Assembly: GCA_019828565.1 (NCBI GenBank) | Contig: JAHDYR010000066.1 | Coordinates: 248,001-312,000, forward strand | Source of the DNA: Carpediemonas membranifera BICM | Lineage: Eukaryota; Protista; Fornicata | DNA length: 64,000 nucleotides | Reading direction: 5' to 3' | Shown: one piece after another, positions 1 through 10,730 of the stretch | Position numbering within the stretch: the first letter of the stretch is position 1 | Layout of the letters: each line of letters begins with the position of its first letter | The notes under the pieces: model-generated | The model's input: only the letters and a program-made list of their open reading frames with translations | Database searches by the model: none | Told to the model about the DNA's origin: nothing | Translations under genes and position numbers: made by a program

Positions 1-293
1 AAGAAATGAAGTTGCTCAGAGTGTACACCATATTGTCCTAGTTCCAATACTTTTTACCATTTTCTTCCAGCTGCTTTCGTTGGCGAGTTTCATTTTTTCT
101 TACCGTTACTTCCGCAGTATCTTGCAAGATTCAGGGGGAAATTCAAATTCACTTTTCCTTTGAGGGCAAAGCAGAATTGCGCAATAACGCATCAATGGGT
201 ATGAGAAGCATAGAATACGTATAAAACTCAGTGTAGTTGCTGCTCACAACTTTTTGGAGGAAACAGAGCAGCGGAAGCCCCAAACCAAAAATC

Positions 294-329
294 TTTCACA
301 AACTCTTGTGAAACTTGTGAAATGTGAAA
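294..329 (+). promoter_or_regulatory. 36-bp TTTCACA..TGTGAAA..TGTGAAATGTGAAA motif, copy 1 of 3
   Basis: Near-identical copies at 2995-3030 (inverted, 3 mismatches) and 10606-10641 (4 mismatches). Ends 25 nt before ATG 355. Confidence 0.6.
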
Positions 330-354
330 GTGACTTCAGCAAAAATTCCTGAGC

Positions 355-2903
355 ATGCACATTGTCATACAGACCTTCATTGGCACTGTCTACGACAATA
401 CTGGCCCTCCAAGGACTGCAGAGCGTATGAACTACATTCTCGCTCATACATACCTCTCCCTTGTTGGTATTGGCGGAAATACACAGGATCGAGGCCGCCA
501 GCGCCGAGAATTCCGTGAACTCATCTTGGAAATGGCTAACCAGGGCCTATTTGCGGACATGGAGGTCGATCCGAGATTTTTCGCCGACCCGCACGACTCT
601 CGACCCTTCTTGCGTGCAGTACGTTCCCATAGAGGAGTCGCCCCGACCTTCGATGTCTTCGTACGTGACCACGCGCGTATTGCTGTCACCCACGAACGCT
701 TGCGGAGACAGCACGAGGTCTCAACTGAGGAAACTGACAACTACAAGCAGATTTTGGAGCTTGTTTCTATCCTGATGTACATCAAGTCGGGTTGTAACGC
801 AACCCATGAGCTCTTTAAGCTCATCCGTAGTCTTTCTGCGCGACTTCATATGCCAATCATCTCCAGCAAGGCTGCTGATATCTTCGTGAAGCAGTTGCAG
901 GTCAATATCACCAAGATCAACGGCCTGGTTGCAGCGCTGACTAGACCAGAGGTTGCTTTCTTGGGTCATCTCGTCCCTGTGGAGTCTGTCACAGTCAACA
1001 CGACCTGGCGGTGGGGCAGAAATGGCACAAAGTCGAGACTCGAGTGCACCAATCGCCTAACGGTGGACGAGGGTGTCGATATCCAGCCCCTGACGGACGC
1101 GGAGAACGTCATTGACTTCAAGTGGGAGAAGCCAATGCTTGATCTTCACTACGAGACGAGCGATGAGGCCACAAGTCATCGCCCTGAGCTCAAGCAGACC
1201 CAGGGAGTCACCCTCGGCAAGCGGCTCAACAGCTCCACATGGGACAAGGTTGATCGAGTCTGGTTTGATGCCGTTCGTTACCTCAAGCAAGCTGTTCGCC
1301 ACCCGGAATGGCTCGAGTCGGACCAGCCCAACTACGTTCGATGCAAGAACGCCCTTGGCAACAGGGTTGGAGTCACGTTTAGCCCCATGAAGATCCTACT
1401 ATGGCTTGACGGGTGGAAAGGGGGTTCTGCTGCCTTCAAGCTCCGCATCTACGACCCCACAGGCTTCACATTCCCCAACAAGATTACTCCACCTTTCCGT
1501 ATAGTCGAGTATATGGGTAGCGAGGGTGATTTGTTGATGGAAGAGTCTCTTTCTCGCGTCGAGAAGGAGATTGAGCGCCTATACACGAGTCAGATACCCA
1601 TCAGAGACACTGGTGAGGTCACGATCTTCGACCATGTCATCGTCATGGGCGATCATGCCGCCCTCCGCCACATGCTGTCCAGAAAGTCGGGCCGGCCCAA
1701 CTATCCACACCCTTGCAACACGATTTACCACAAAAGTAAGGCGCTCCACCCGATAGCAGGCCGCCATCGTCTCACCATCAAGGACAACCTGGACGATAAG
1801 ACAGCATACCAGGCTGAAGTCGACGACCCGAACCGAGTTCAAGATGTACTTGCAATCTATGGCGATTTCACCAATGAACGCATGGTGTTCGAGAATTGTA
1901 GTGTCATCCCTCTTGAGAAGATCGTCATATGCCCTCCATTCATGCACGACTCGCACCGTTTACTCGAGCAGGTTGCCCATATCTGTGGTTCTTTCAAGAA
2001 GCATCCCACCACCCGCGGGTCCCGCGAGGAGATCATCCAGAATAAGCTCCTCAACCTCAAGCTTGGCCGTATGTCGTCCATGCGAAGCATCGATAGGACC
2101 GTAGGTTGTAACGAGCAGTCGTCCGCACGTGTAAGGATGGCTGCCACGACCAAGAGGACTACGTTGCTCTCCCTGAGTGCATTCAAGATATCATTCGGCT
2201 CATTGGCTACCTCCAGGCCATGTACTACTCGTCCGAACCTGTGACTGACGCGGCTGTCGCGTTTCACTTCATGGCTGCCGCAGTGGCCCACCTCATTCAC
2301 GTCACGATTGCGTTCATTCCTAACAAGGATAAGACTTCCATATCCCTGCTATCAAGCAGCGAAGCGAAGACGAAGGAGAAACCGTGCGCTGAGAACCTCT
2401 ACAGCATCAGCAGACTCACGACGCAGCCCCTGTGCCACAAGCATCTCAAGGTGCCGCTGTTCTATATCCTAGAGGAGTACTTTGAGCGAGAGTTCATCAA
2501 GAACCAGGAGGTAGCAGCCAAGTTGCACAGGAAGGCAGTCCTTGAGGGCATTTGCTTGATCGAGCAGACAACTCTCGCGTGTTCCTTCCTGACGGGCATG
2601 CGTTCTTTTGGTCGGCAGGACTACTCTGTCCCCCAGCTCCAGCGACTCAAGTGTGTGCGAGTTCACGACTGCTGTAAGGATGCGAAGCATTGGTTTGGTG
2701 TCCGCACACTGACCACCGTGACCTTCGAGCCAACTCGTGAGATGATCCAGACCTTTCAGGAGACTGTTGATGAAGTGTGGGAGTTTGTAGAAGAGCATAC
2801 GACGCTGACGTGGGGTGAGGAGGGCACGATGTCATGCAGTCTGGCGGACCATGGCATAGAGTTAGTTTGCTGCCTGTGTGGAGAGTGTAGCAGACAGAAT
2901 TGA
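355..2903 (+). CDS. Putative DDE transposase-like protein (RAG1/Transib/CMC-like), split by one frameshift (ORFs 355-2244 and 2220-2903)
   Basis: The order of motifs LWLDG, VMGDHAALRHML..YPHPC, PPFMHDSHRLL and a later LIEQ resembles RAG1/Transib-type cores. The second frame is open from about 2130, giving about 850 aa in total. Recognised by eye only. Confidence 0.4.
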
Positions 2904-2964
2904 GGCATCCGCGTGATATAAAGTGATGTAAGATGGTTCCGTGATAAATTCATTCATTTTTCAT

Positions 2965-3030
2965 ATGTGCCACTTTTTTTTCATGAATGGCACATTTCAC
3001 ATTTCGCAGGTTTCACAAAAGTTTGTGAAA
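2965..3030. promoter_or_regulatory. ATGTGCCA-N15-TGGCACAT hairpin motif abutting the inverted 36-bp motif, directly before the GNAT ATG
   Basis: The hairpin motif recurs inverted at 7959-7989, just before ATG 7995. Confidence 0.6.
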
Positions 3031-3987
3031 ATGAACCAAACGGGGAAAGAATCTTGGACAGAGGATACTCTTGCAGCCCATAAGGCTTATATACAGTACG
3101 TAAGACTTTCTGATAAGTCAGACATCATCCCCAGTGTCCGTACGTTTTTTAAGCAGGACGTTGCCACGAGAGGAGTTGATGACATCGATCATCGCTTCTT
3201 CATGTTTGTTCACCCAGTGTTGCCCAGGTATTTACCCAGATTGGTTGCGATTCGTGACTGCAAGACTGATTCCATCATTTCGGCCTTGTTGCTCACGAAG
3301 GAGTCATACAACACCGAAGCTACTGATGAAACCCCTTCCGAGCTGCGCCAGGACTTATATGTTGTGGTTATTCGCACGGCATTCTATGCCAGGGGCAATG
3401 GTCTCGCCACGATTCTTCTTTCGGTTGCCTCTGCCGGACAGAGGATCCGCCTGCAGTGTGTAAGTTCTCTTGTGCCAGCCTACCAGCGTATGGGGATGTC
3501 CATCTCCAAGCAAAAGTCCACGATGGAGTACCTGGATGATGCGAAACTGGTGACCATGGAGGCAACATACGGCCCGAACAAGTGGACGAAGCTCGGTGAG
3601 AGTCTCGTTGCTTGCCATGGATATGCCATGAAGTCCTGGAGGGCTCCCCCGTCCGTCGACTACGGTACGGCTTTCACTTCTGTGGACCAGGTCCAGCCTC
3701 CCCCAAAGAGAACCCAAGCCACCCAACCCACCCTGCCCACCAAGCCCTCGGACAAGCTCAACCGCTACATTAAGCGTCTGAGGAAGAGTGTTACCCCGCA
3801 CCCGACGCGCAAGAAGCAACGTGAGATAATCATCGCCCTTTACGACAGCAACCGAAGGGATTTGGTCCAAAAGATCGTGGATAAGAGATCAAAGATGCGT
3901 AAGGATTACCAGAAAGAGAACTATTTCGAGGAAGAGTGGTACCATCTGCTGTCTGAGAAGGAAGATGAGGAAGAGAATGAAGATTAA
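3031..3987 (+). CDS. GNAT-family acetyltransferase with basic/acidic C-terminal extension
   Basis: Acetyl-CoA motif A (YARGNGLATILL) and motif B (LVPAYQRMGM). Probable ATG at 3031. Confidence 0.65.
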   Translation: MNQTGKESWTEDTLAAHKAYIQYVRLSDKSDIIPSVRTFFKQDVATRGVDDIDHRFFMFVHPVLPRYLPRLVAIRDCKTDSIISALLLTKESYNTEATDETPSELRQDLYVVVIRTAFYARGNGLATILLSVASAGQRIRLQCVSSLVPAYQRMGMSISKQKSTMEYLDDAKLVTMEATYGPNKWTKLGESLVACHGYAMKSWRAPPSVDYGTAFTSVDQVQPPPKRTQATQPTLPTKPSDKLNRYIKRLRKSVTPHPTRKKQREIIIALYDSNRRDLVQKIVDKRSKMRKDYQKENYFEEEWYHLLSEKEDEEENED

Positions 3988-4007
3988 ATGAAGAAGCAGT
4001 CGATTTA

Positions 4008-4694
4008 TTACTCATTTGAGTTGACGTTAGCTGCGTGGAAGAGCAGGAGGCTCGCGTAAACGGGTATACGCAGAACATCACGAGCCTCTGCAGCGGCACG
4101 GGCAGCGTTCCTCTTCTCAATCACAGCGGCGAGGTCCTTGAAGGTCTTCGAGTGCTTCTTGAGGACAAGCTGCGGACGCTCGAAGATGAGCTTAGAGTCC
4201 TTGCGGCACACACTCTCCAGAAGGACCTCTCTGACCTTGTCGACAGAGATACCAAGCCTCTGGGCGACGAAGGCGTAAGCGCGGGGGCGGACCGACTGAG
4301 GGATGCCGTGGAACAGCTCGCGGTACTCACGGACAGTTGCCAAGAGAGGGCTGCCATGGTCGACCTCATCTCCTTCGGCGTCCAGGCTGATGAGGGCCCT
4401 GAAGCGCTTCTCCTTGGCCTCAGAAGACTCGCCCTTGTACTGCGCCATGATCTGCTCAATGCTATCGAGAGAACGGAACTCCGCTTCATCCCTAAGATCC
4501 TCCGGAACGAATGTGGGGAGGTCATTGGGGCGTCTGTCAACCACCTCATTGCAAATGCGGTTTCCGGTGGCGACATCGGCAGCGGAGATGCTTCCAGCAG
4601 CGTGCTCCTTCTCTAAGTAAGTAGAAATCATTTCCACAGCGTTTAGACGCTTTCTGCCCTTGCTCTTAGCAGTATTACTCCGTTTCGGAGGCAT
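4008..4694 (-). CDS. Hypothetical protein, 228 aa, with N-terminal NLS-like MPPKRS..KGRKR
   Basis: ATG-initiated ORF with coding-like composition; no family recognised. Confidence 0.55.
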   Translation of the reverse strand: MPPKRSNTAKSKGRKRLNAVEMISTYLEKEHAAGSISAADVATGNRICNEVVDRRPNDLPTFVPEDLRDEAEFRSLDSIEQIMAQYKGESSEAKEKRFRALISLDAEGDEVDHGSPLLATVREYRELFHGIPQSVRPRAYAFVAQRLGISVDKVREVLLESVCRKDSKLIFERPQLVLKKHSKTFKDLAAVIEKRNAARAAAEARDVLRIPVYASLLLFHAANVNSNE

Positions 4695-5220
4695 AACGTT
4701 TCTTCAAGGTGCACTTTATGCTCGCAACGAAATTAGAAAACCAAACGAAGAAAGGAGAAGAGTATCGATCCTCAAACGCTGGCAAGCATGTGTATATCAC
4801 TAAAACAACATCATGAGAGCTCTGTGGCCTCGAATGGCCTGTAATAGAACCTAAACAACATCAACAATTGTAACTCGTCGAGGAAGCGTTGAGATGAACT
4901 ATAAACGCGGGAATGGATCAAACAATGGATTTAAGAGTGGCATACAAGGCCAGAATACCGCAATTATCGTCCGTTGATCCACGTGACCTCCATCTTGGTC
5001 GGTATCCAGAGAAAGCCCTTCAGACGCTCGCAACACAACATTTAGAAGACTTATCGTGAATGGCTCCTTCCATGATGGACCTTCACCTGGACATGCCATC
5101 TCTGACATGTCCAATGGTCTCCATTGAGCTCGCATTCATCCCTCTGAGCATCCGCCCCATGGTCCAATCAGATGCCCAATCAAAATTCTGCACCGAAGTG
5201 CCCCGAGGACCTCCTCTGAG

Positions 5221-5391
5221 TTCATAAGGCTCTCAGAGCCTTATACACCAATTCGAAATCGTGTATAAGGCTCTCAGAGCCTAATGAATCTCCCGCGCGC
5301 CGTTGCCTACTGATACTGGTCATTTTTCCGCATGGTTTATTAGGCTCTCAGAGCCTTATGAATTTTTCATTAGGTCCTGAGAGCCTTATAA
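5221..5391. repeat. Cluster of four imperfect palindromes ATAAGGCTCT-C-AGAGCCTTAT
   Basis: Copies at 5224-5244, 5265-5285, 5339-5359 and 5369-5389. The first pair also forms a 68-bp inverted repeat (5221-5288). Confidence 0.85.
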
Positions 5392-5393
5392 TC

Positions 5394-6768
5394 ATGCAAT
5401 CGGTTTTCGACTTCTACATGCTCTTGAAGCGTTCGAAAACGTTTGGTAAGCAGTTCTTTATCTTCTATGACAGCGCTGAGATCAGTCAGGCCTCATCAAA
5501 CGCGCAGGAGATGATCAAGTGCTCACTTCTTCGTAAGTTCCTTCTGCCCGATGACAAGATCCTCACCGCCCTTCTTCGTGATCGTAAGTACTTTCCCCAT
5601 ACCTTTTTACACAGATATTGGCTGGAAAACGCTTCGCAAGCTCTTCAGGTCGCCTCACCTTATCCTGCACCTAAGAGAAACTGCCGAGGCTCAGCTTGAG
5701 CTGATCACGACATCGGCTGAGCTGAAGAAGGTCATGGGAGATCATGCCTACGACAGCCTTGTCCAGAAGGTCCGCCGAGAAGTGTCTTCGGATCACGAGC
5801 ACGACGTTGGAGGTAAGTACTCCAAATAACTCCTGCTTATTCAGTCCTTTCGCTGCTCCGTGAGCGCATAATGCGCAAGGTGAAGCCAGGAAGGTCGGGG
5901 GTCGTCCGTTCGTTCAAGAACAACGCCGAGCCTGAGCTGTCGGACCCGGTCGACGTGCAGTTCGACCGGATAAGGCACCTGGACGCGCTTCTGATGGACT
6001 CTCCCGTCCACAGAAGTACCCTGAAGTGGCACATCGCGCCTCCTGCGCCGCCATCTTGCCGTGGAACACAACGGTGCGATCCGTGATTTGAAGAGGGAGC
6101 TTTGGCGAGCCCGGGCCAAGATTGAAAAGCTCGAGACGGAGAAGCTTGTGCCCTTGAAGAAGGAGGCTGAGGTCATAGACCTGGATCGGGAGGCTTTGGT
6201 GGCCGCAGACCCCAAAGATGACGTCCAGACCATCATGGAGAAGACCGCTAAGAAGTTTAAGAACGATACAAGCTCTCTGAAGCGGTCTGAGGTGCCTGGG
6301 GATGGCTCATGCATTCTCAGCGCCATGCATCTCATCAGGACTGGGTCCCAGCCTACTGTTGGTGAGAAGCTTCAGCTGTACGAGGACATCCGATCCTTCT
6401 GTGAGGGCAAGGGGTTCGAGGGCGACCCGTTCTCTGAGATGCCTGGCTCCCCTTTCCCCTGGGCAGACCATGAGGCCATCCAGGCCAGTGTAGAGCTGAG
6501 TCACACTCCGGTAATCATCACCCAGATCGACGAGGACCTTACCTGCCTCTGGGTCCACAAAGGTTGGGAAGATTCAGAGTTCTTGCCCATCCAGGATGCG
6601 ACGCTGGACAAGATCTTAGGTCTTTGTGAGAGCATGAAGCTCACTCAGTTCATCGTCATCGAGAATCGTCATGCCTGTGTCTACAGTCTTCCGGACCGCA
6701 AGCGCAAGGCAGCTGCCGCAGAGCCCGAGAAGCGTGCTACTCGTCCGGAGGATGTCACCCGCTCATAA
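5394..6768 (+). CDS. OTU-family deubiquitinase-like protein (one 32-nt intron at 5813-5844, two apparent frameshifts)
   Basis: OTU Cys loop EVPGDGSCILSAM, WADHEAIQA and His loop NRHA in ORF 6061-6768. The GTAAG..TTATTCAG intron joins ORFs 5551 and 5871 in frame. Confidence 0.7.
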
Positions 6769-6798
6769 ATGATTGATTGAATTGATATCTCTTCAAGT

Positions 6799-7800
6799 TT
6801 ATTCACTCTTGCCTTGAGTCATGCGCGCAGTGTGGAAGCGCTTACGGGCGGGGTTGGACTTGGTCTTCCGCTTGCGGGGCTGCGGCTTGACCTGCAGTAT
6901 TTTGAACTGCTCCACCTTTCGAGCGAGGTAGTGAGGGTCATCTATGGCGAGACTCTTGAAGCGAGCAACCGGGTGCTCCTCTTCATCGGCCTCAAAGTAG
7001 GTCTCGCCATAATCGATGCGCAAGAACTCGCCGCGAACGATGTTGGCAGTGGCCCTGACCGATATCACTGGCAGGCCATCCACCAAGACGTCCACGAACT
7101 CACAGTTGACATCGTCAGGGCTGTGGTTAATCAGGTGGACACCCGCTGCGGCCGACATGGCATCGACGGCGACCTGACTGTCAGCGAATGACATGCTGTG
7201 TAATGGTAATGGAATATGCGAAACAAACACCATCTGGCCGTTGTTGCTGGCCGTCTCAGCATCGGGAATCAGCTTCCCGAAGTATATGCCGAGACATGTG
7301 CCAGCTGAGATATCCTCAGTGGCAATCATGCCTCGGCCGACGCTCTGCGTCCGATTGAGGAGCCGGATGGTCGGGCTCCTGGGTCAGACGGGGGTCGCAA
7401 CGGGTCTCGGATGAGATCCAGGCCGGAGCAGGAATGGCCTGAAGGCTTATCTCATCCGAAATCAGCCGCTTGACGTCCTGCAGGTCTGAACCCGGGTAAA
7501 CATGCGTCCACCTAGGGTGGACGTGCATGACGGACCCCTCGACGGAGTCCTCCTCGGCTTCAGACGAGCTGGATGAATGGGAAGGCGACTCGGGAGGCGG
7601 AGGAGGAGAGAATCTTGCTCCTTACCATCCTCGGGCGACTCGGGAGGCGGAGGAGGAGGTGATGCTGCCGTTACAGTCGTTTCCGCAGGACGTTGATCCT
7701 GCGGAGAAGCAGATGACTCAAAAGTCTTGTTGGGTGGATTTTGAGTCCTTCTCTTACCTACCGGTTGCTGCTTCCTTGCGGGCATCTTTCTTCTCGCCAT
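6799..7800 (-). CDS. SET-domain lysine methyltransferase (5' part frameshifted)
   Basis: GRGMIATEDI, GIYFG, INHS..NCEF and LRIDYG..YF SET motifs in ORF 6799-7329. Probable start MARRK at 7800. Confidence 0.8.
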
Positions 7801-7994
7801 ATCTTCGTTCTCTTTTTTTTCTCGCAACTCCCGATCCGAAGAACAGGCGCATCGCTGATCAGATCCGAACAATACTGCAGTAGCATGCATAAATAGTGTA
7901 GCAATGAAGGTATACCTCTTTACTTGGATCAAAAGCTTGTCCTTTGCTTCAAATCAAAATGTGCCATTCATGAAAAAAAAATGGCACATTGCAA

Positions 7995-8999
7995 ATGGAC
8001 GAGAAATACGGAGAATTCGGCACGCGACGCATCAGTAAGGACCAAGAAGTCTTTGAATGTGTCTGTGGTAAGGTTCAGCTCAGGCGTGGACATCGCGGGA
8101 TCGGTTTCAAGTCTTCTTCCTCTCACGAGTGTCCTTTTACAACAGAGAAGTTGATTAACCGACGGGTGCTAATCACCATCGAGCCGCTGCATGGTTTCGA
8201 GACCCCGACTCAGCCCTACCCCGTCTTCCGCGTGGAAAGTCTTGCCAACTCATCTGGCTATCATTTCAAGCTCAAGACGGCTCTAGAGCTCGTTGATGAT
8301 GAGTGGCTGACTGCCGTTGCCCGCACCTTTAAGTCTACGTCCCATCTGGCCGAGGTACTTGAGGAGTTGGCGTCGCAGTACTCTAACTTCGACACTTACT
8401 GGGTGATATCGGGTCATTCTGATACAGAAACGTCGCGTATGATCATTGATACGTCTACGAACGAGTTTCTGTATCACCATGATCTGGTCCAGCTCATCCT
8501 CAGGTCATTCGAGAGCCCTTCCTTGGTGAGATCGACGCGTGTGCGTCTGATTTACTTTGCCACCTGCTCCGGACTCGACAGATCTGAGGAGTCTCAGCTG
8601 TGCAGTGCTATTTCGACAGCCAAGTACAAGAACACATGCATTATCCTCACTCCTGAGAAGGTTCTGGCGCATGAGCTTGTTCTCCAGGACGCCTATTGGC
8701 TCTACCGCGTGACATGCCTCGACAATCCTCTTTTCTTTCTGACGAAGTACTTCTCTGGCTATCGTTTCGCGCCTGGCTCAGCAGGAAGACGGATTATAGC
8801 CAATGGTTCCTTGTCATTTCCCAACGAGGCCAGGGTCATCATGTCTGAGACTAGCTATGCCCGGCCCATTCCTCTTCCTGAAATGCAAGACATCGTTTCT
8901 GATGTCAACGAGTATGACCCGTTAAGAACCGACCAGAGAAGACTTATGAATGATCGATACATAAGCATGATGACCCGTGCGCTTGAGAGAGACGTGTAG
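7995..8999 (+). CDS. Putative CHAT/caspase-fold cysteine protease with N-terminal Cys/His motif
   Basis: YWVISGHS and LIYFATCSG resemble the His and Cys catalytic strands of clan CD peptidases. Confidence 0.5.
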   Translation: MDEKYGEFGTRRISKDQEVFECVCGKVQLRRGHRGIGFKSSSSHECPFTTEKLINRRVLITIEPLHGFETPTQPYPVFRVESLANSSGYHFKLKTALELVDDEWLTAVARTFKSTSHLAEVLEELASQYSNFDTYWVISGHSDTETSRMIIDTSTNEFLYHHDLVQLILRSFESPSLVRSTRVRLIYFATCSGLDRSEESQLCSAISTAKYKNTCIILTPEKVLAHELVLQDAYWLYRVTCLDNPLFFLTKYFSGYRFAPGSAGRRIIANGSLSFPNEARVIMSETSYARPIPLPEMQDIVSDVNEYDPLRTDQRRLMNDRYISMMTRALERDV

Positions 9000-9042
9000 T
9001 AAACAGATATATATACAATTTATGATCATCTCTCACTAAACA

Positions 9043-10266
9043 CTAAACAATCGGTCTCATGCCCTCTACTCGCTTATAGACAACCTTACATTTGCTGCAG
9101 AGGGGAACGATGTACAACTTGCCATCAATGGTGTACTGCACTTCCTCAGAGCAATGCTCACAGTACCACCAGTGACAGCCTCGGCAGCAAAGAAGAGTAG
9201 AAGCCTGTTCTTCTGCTTTCTTCGTGTTCTTGGATCTTAGGCCCTTTTTGCACGCCTGGCACTTGTTGCTAGAGCCGGTAATATAGCACGCGGGACAGTA
9301 GTCCTTCTTGCCCTTCGTCCTGACACATTGCTCGTGCAGGAAACCTTTGCAAGCACAGCATCTCCTGAACGTAGTGCCGTCTGGATTGAAGAACCACTCG
9401 GGGGTACCACACACAAGACATCCAAATAGCATTTTGCGCTGATGAAGGCTAAGGAAAGTCGTCTTACATGTCTCGGGTTCGGTAGGCGGGTCTCTCACAC
9501 GGGTCTCTGAGACAACGTCGTTGATCAGGACCTTAATACGGTCAACAACAGCATCGGACACGTTGTTAGACACCTGCTGCAGATCGTCGTCACCAAGCCT
9601 GGGTCGCTTGGCTTCCTCGTCGTCAAAGACGATCTTCTTCCGAACCGGCACCGATCGATCTGTCGTTGACTGAGGTGTGTCTGCTTCATCACCAACACCA
9701 AGTGAAGACAGTTGCGTAGTCGACCGTATCGGTGGGATCTCTGCCTTGATCATCGTAGTCGGGGTCGATTTGACCGTTGCCTTTTGCTTGACAGGCTTAT
9801 ATCTCACCCGGTTGATCACAGGCAAGTTCTCAAGGCTGATTGAGTCGGAAACATCGTTCAGTCCAGCATCTGAGAGAACTTCTGAGAGCATCTGGCGGAA
9901 CTCGGCATGGCAGGGCTGACTACGGACAGCAATGTGCTGCATGACAGAGCCATTGTACTCCGCAGAGGGTCTAACTGCTGTTATAAACGTAGTAACGCCG
10001 ACAACAGTCGTCCGCCTGACCTGTTCCCGGAGTTCAATTGACTTGAACCCAGGGCATTCGGCGGCGACCCTGCGCTGGACCTCCAGAAGTACCTTATGGA
10101 TGTCGCGTGCACTCAAGCCGAGGTCAGTTGCCTCGTCGTCCTCAAATACTGAAGAAACAACGGCTGTAACAAATGAACGACGGAGATTTGCGAGCTTACT
10201 GTTGCCATACTGTCTGATGGGGGGCGTAGCAGCAATAGGTTCTGGTACAGACACTTCTGAATTCAT
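9043..10266 (-). CDS. PHD-finger protein with a second C-terminal Cys-rich zinc finger
   Basis: C4HC3 pattern CLVC..CCAC..H..C..CPAC, followed by CQAC..CRGC..CEHC..CSKC. Confidence 0.75.
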   Translation of the reverse strand: MNSEVSVPEPIAATPPIRQYGNSKLANLRRSFVTAVVSSVFEDDEATDLGLSARDIHKVLLEVQRRVAAECPGFKSIELREQVRRTTVVGVTTFITAVRPSAEYNGSVMQHIAVRSQPCHAEFRQMLSEVLSDAGLNDVSDSISLENLPVINRVRYKPVKQKATVKSTPTTMIKAEIPPIRSTTQLSSLGVGDEADTPQSTTDRSVPVRKKIVFDDEEAKRPRLGDDDLQQVSNNVSDAVVDRIKVLINDVVSETRVRDPPTEPETCKTTFLSLHQRKMLFGCLVCGTPEWFFNPDGTTFRRCCACKGFLHEQCVRTKGKKDYCPACYITGSSNKCQACKKGLRSKNTKKAEEQASTLLCCRGCHWWYCEHCSEEVQYTIDGKLYIVPLCSKCKVVYKRVEGMRPIV

Positions 10267-10730
10267 GAGAATTTCTATCCAAGCTGTTTACGTTGTTACA
10301 TTTGTCTATTTACGTAGACTCCTGGCATTGACAATACCTAAAACTGCGACATTTGTCGATCATGATTCGAGCAACTAGCCACCAAAAGGTAGAAACGGTA
10401 ACGTCAGGGCTCGTGGAAGTTGCCAAAGTACAAGATTCTTACAAAATAATCCGAAAAACTGCTCAGGGCTTGCGAAAGGAAGAAGAAATCAACAAAAGGG
10501 TGAATGACACAGAGTTTCTGCTGCAAGAGATACGCGATTTGTTTATAGATGCCATACAGACGATGAGGGACAAGTAAAAATGACATTCACTAGCTTTGCT
10601 TCTCATTTCACATATTCTTGTGAAATATGTGAAATGTGAAACAGATTCTAGTGAATCTCATTTTTTCTTGCACTTTTTGGAGTATCTCCAGGGTATCTCC
10701 CGGGAGACTCTAGCCATTCTTACAGTATGG

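Noticed and set aside
5221-5391. CRISPR-like array
   Set aside because: Only four palindromes with irregular 9-53 nt gaps, in a eukaryotic context with no cas genes.
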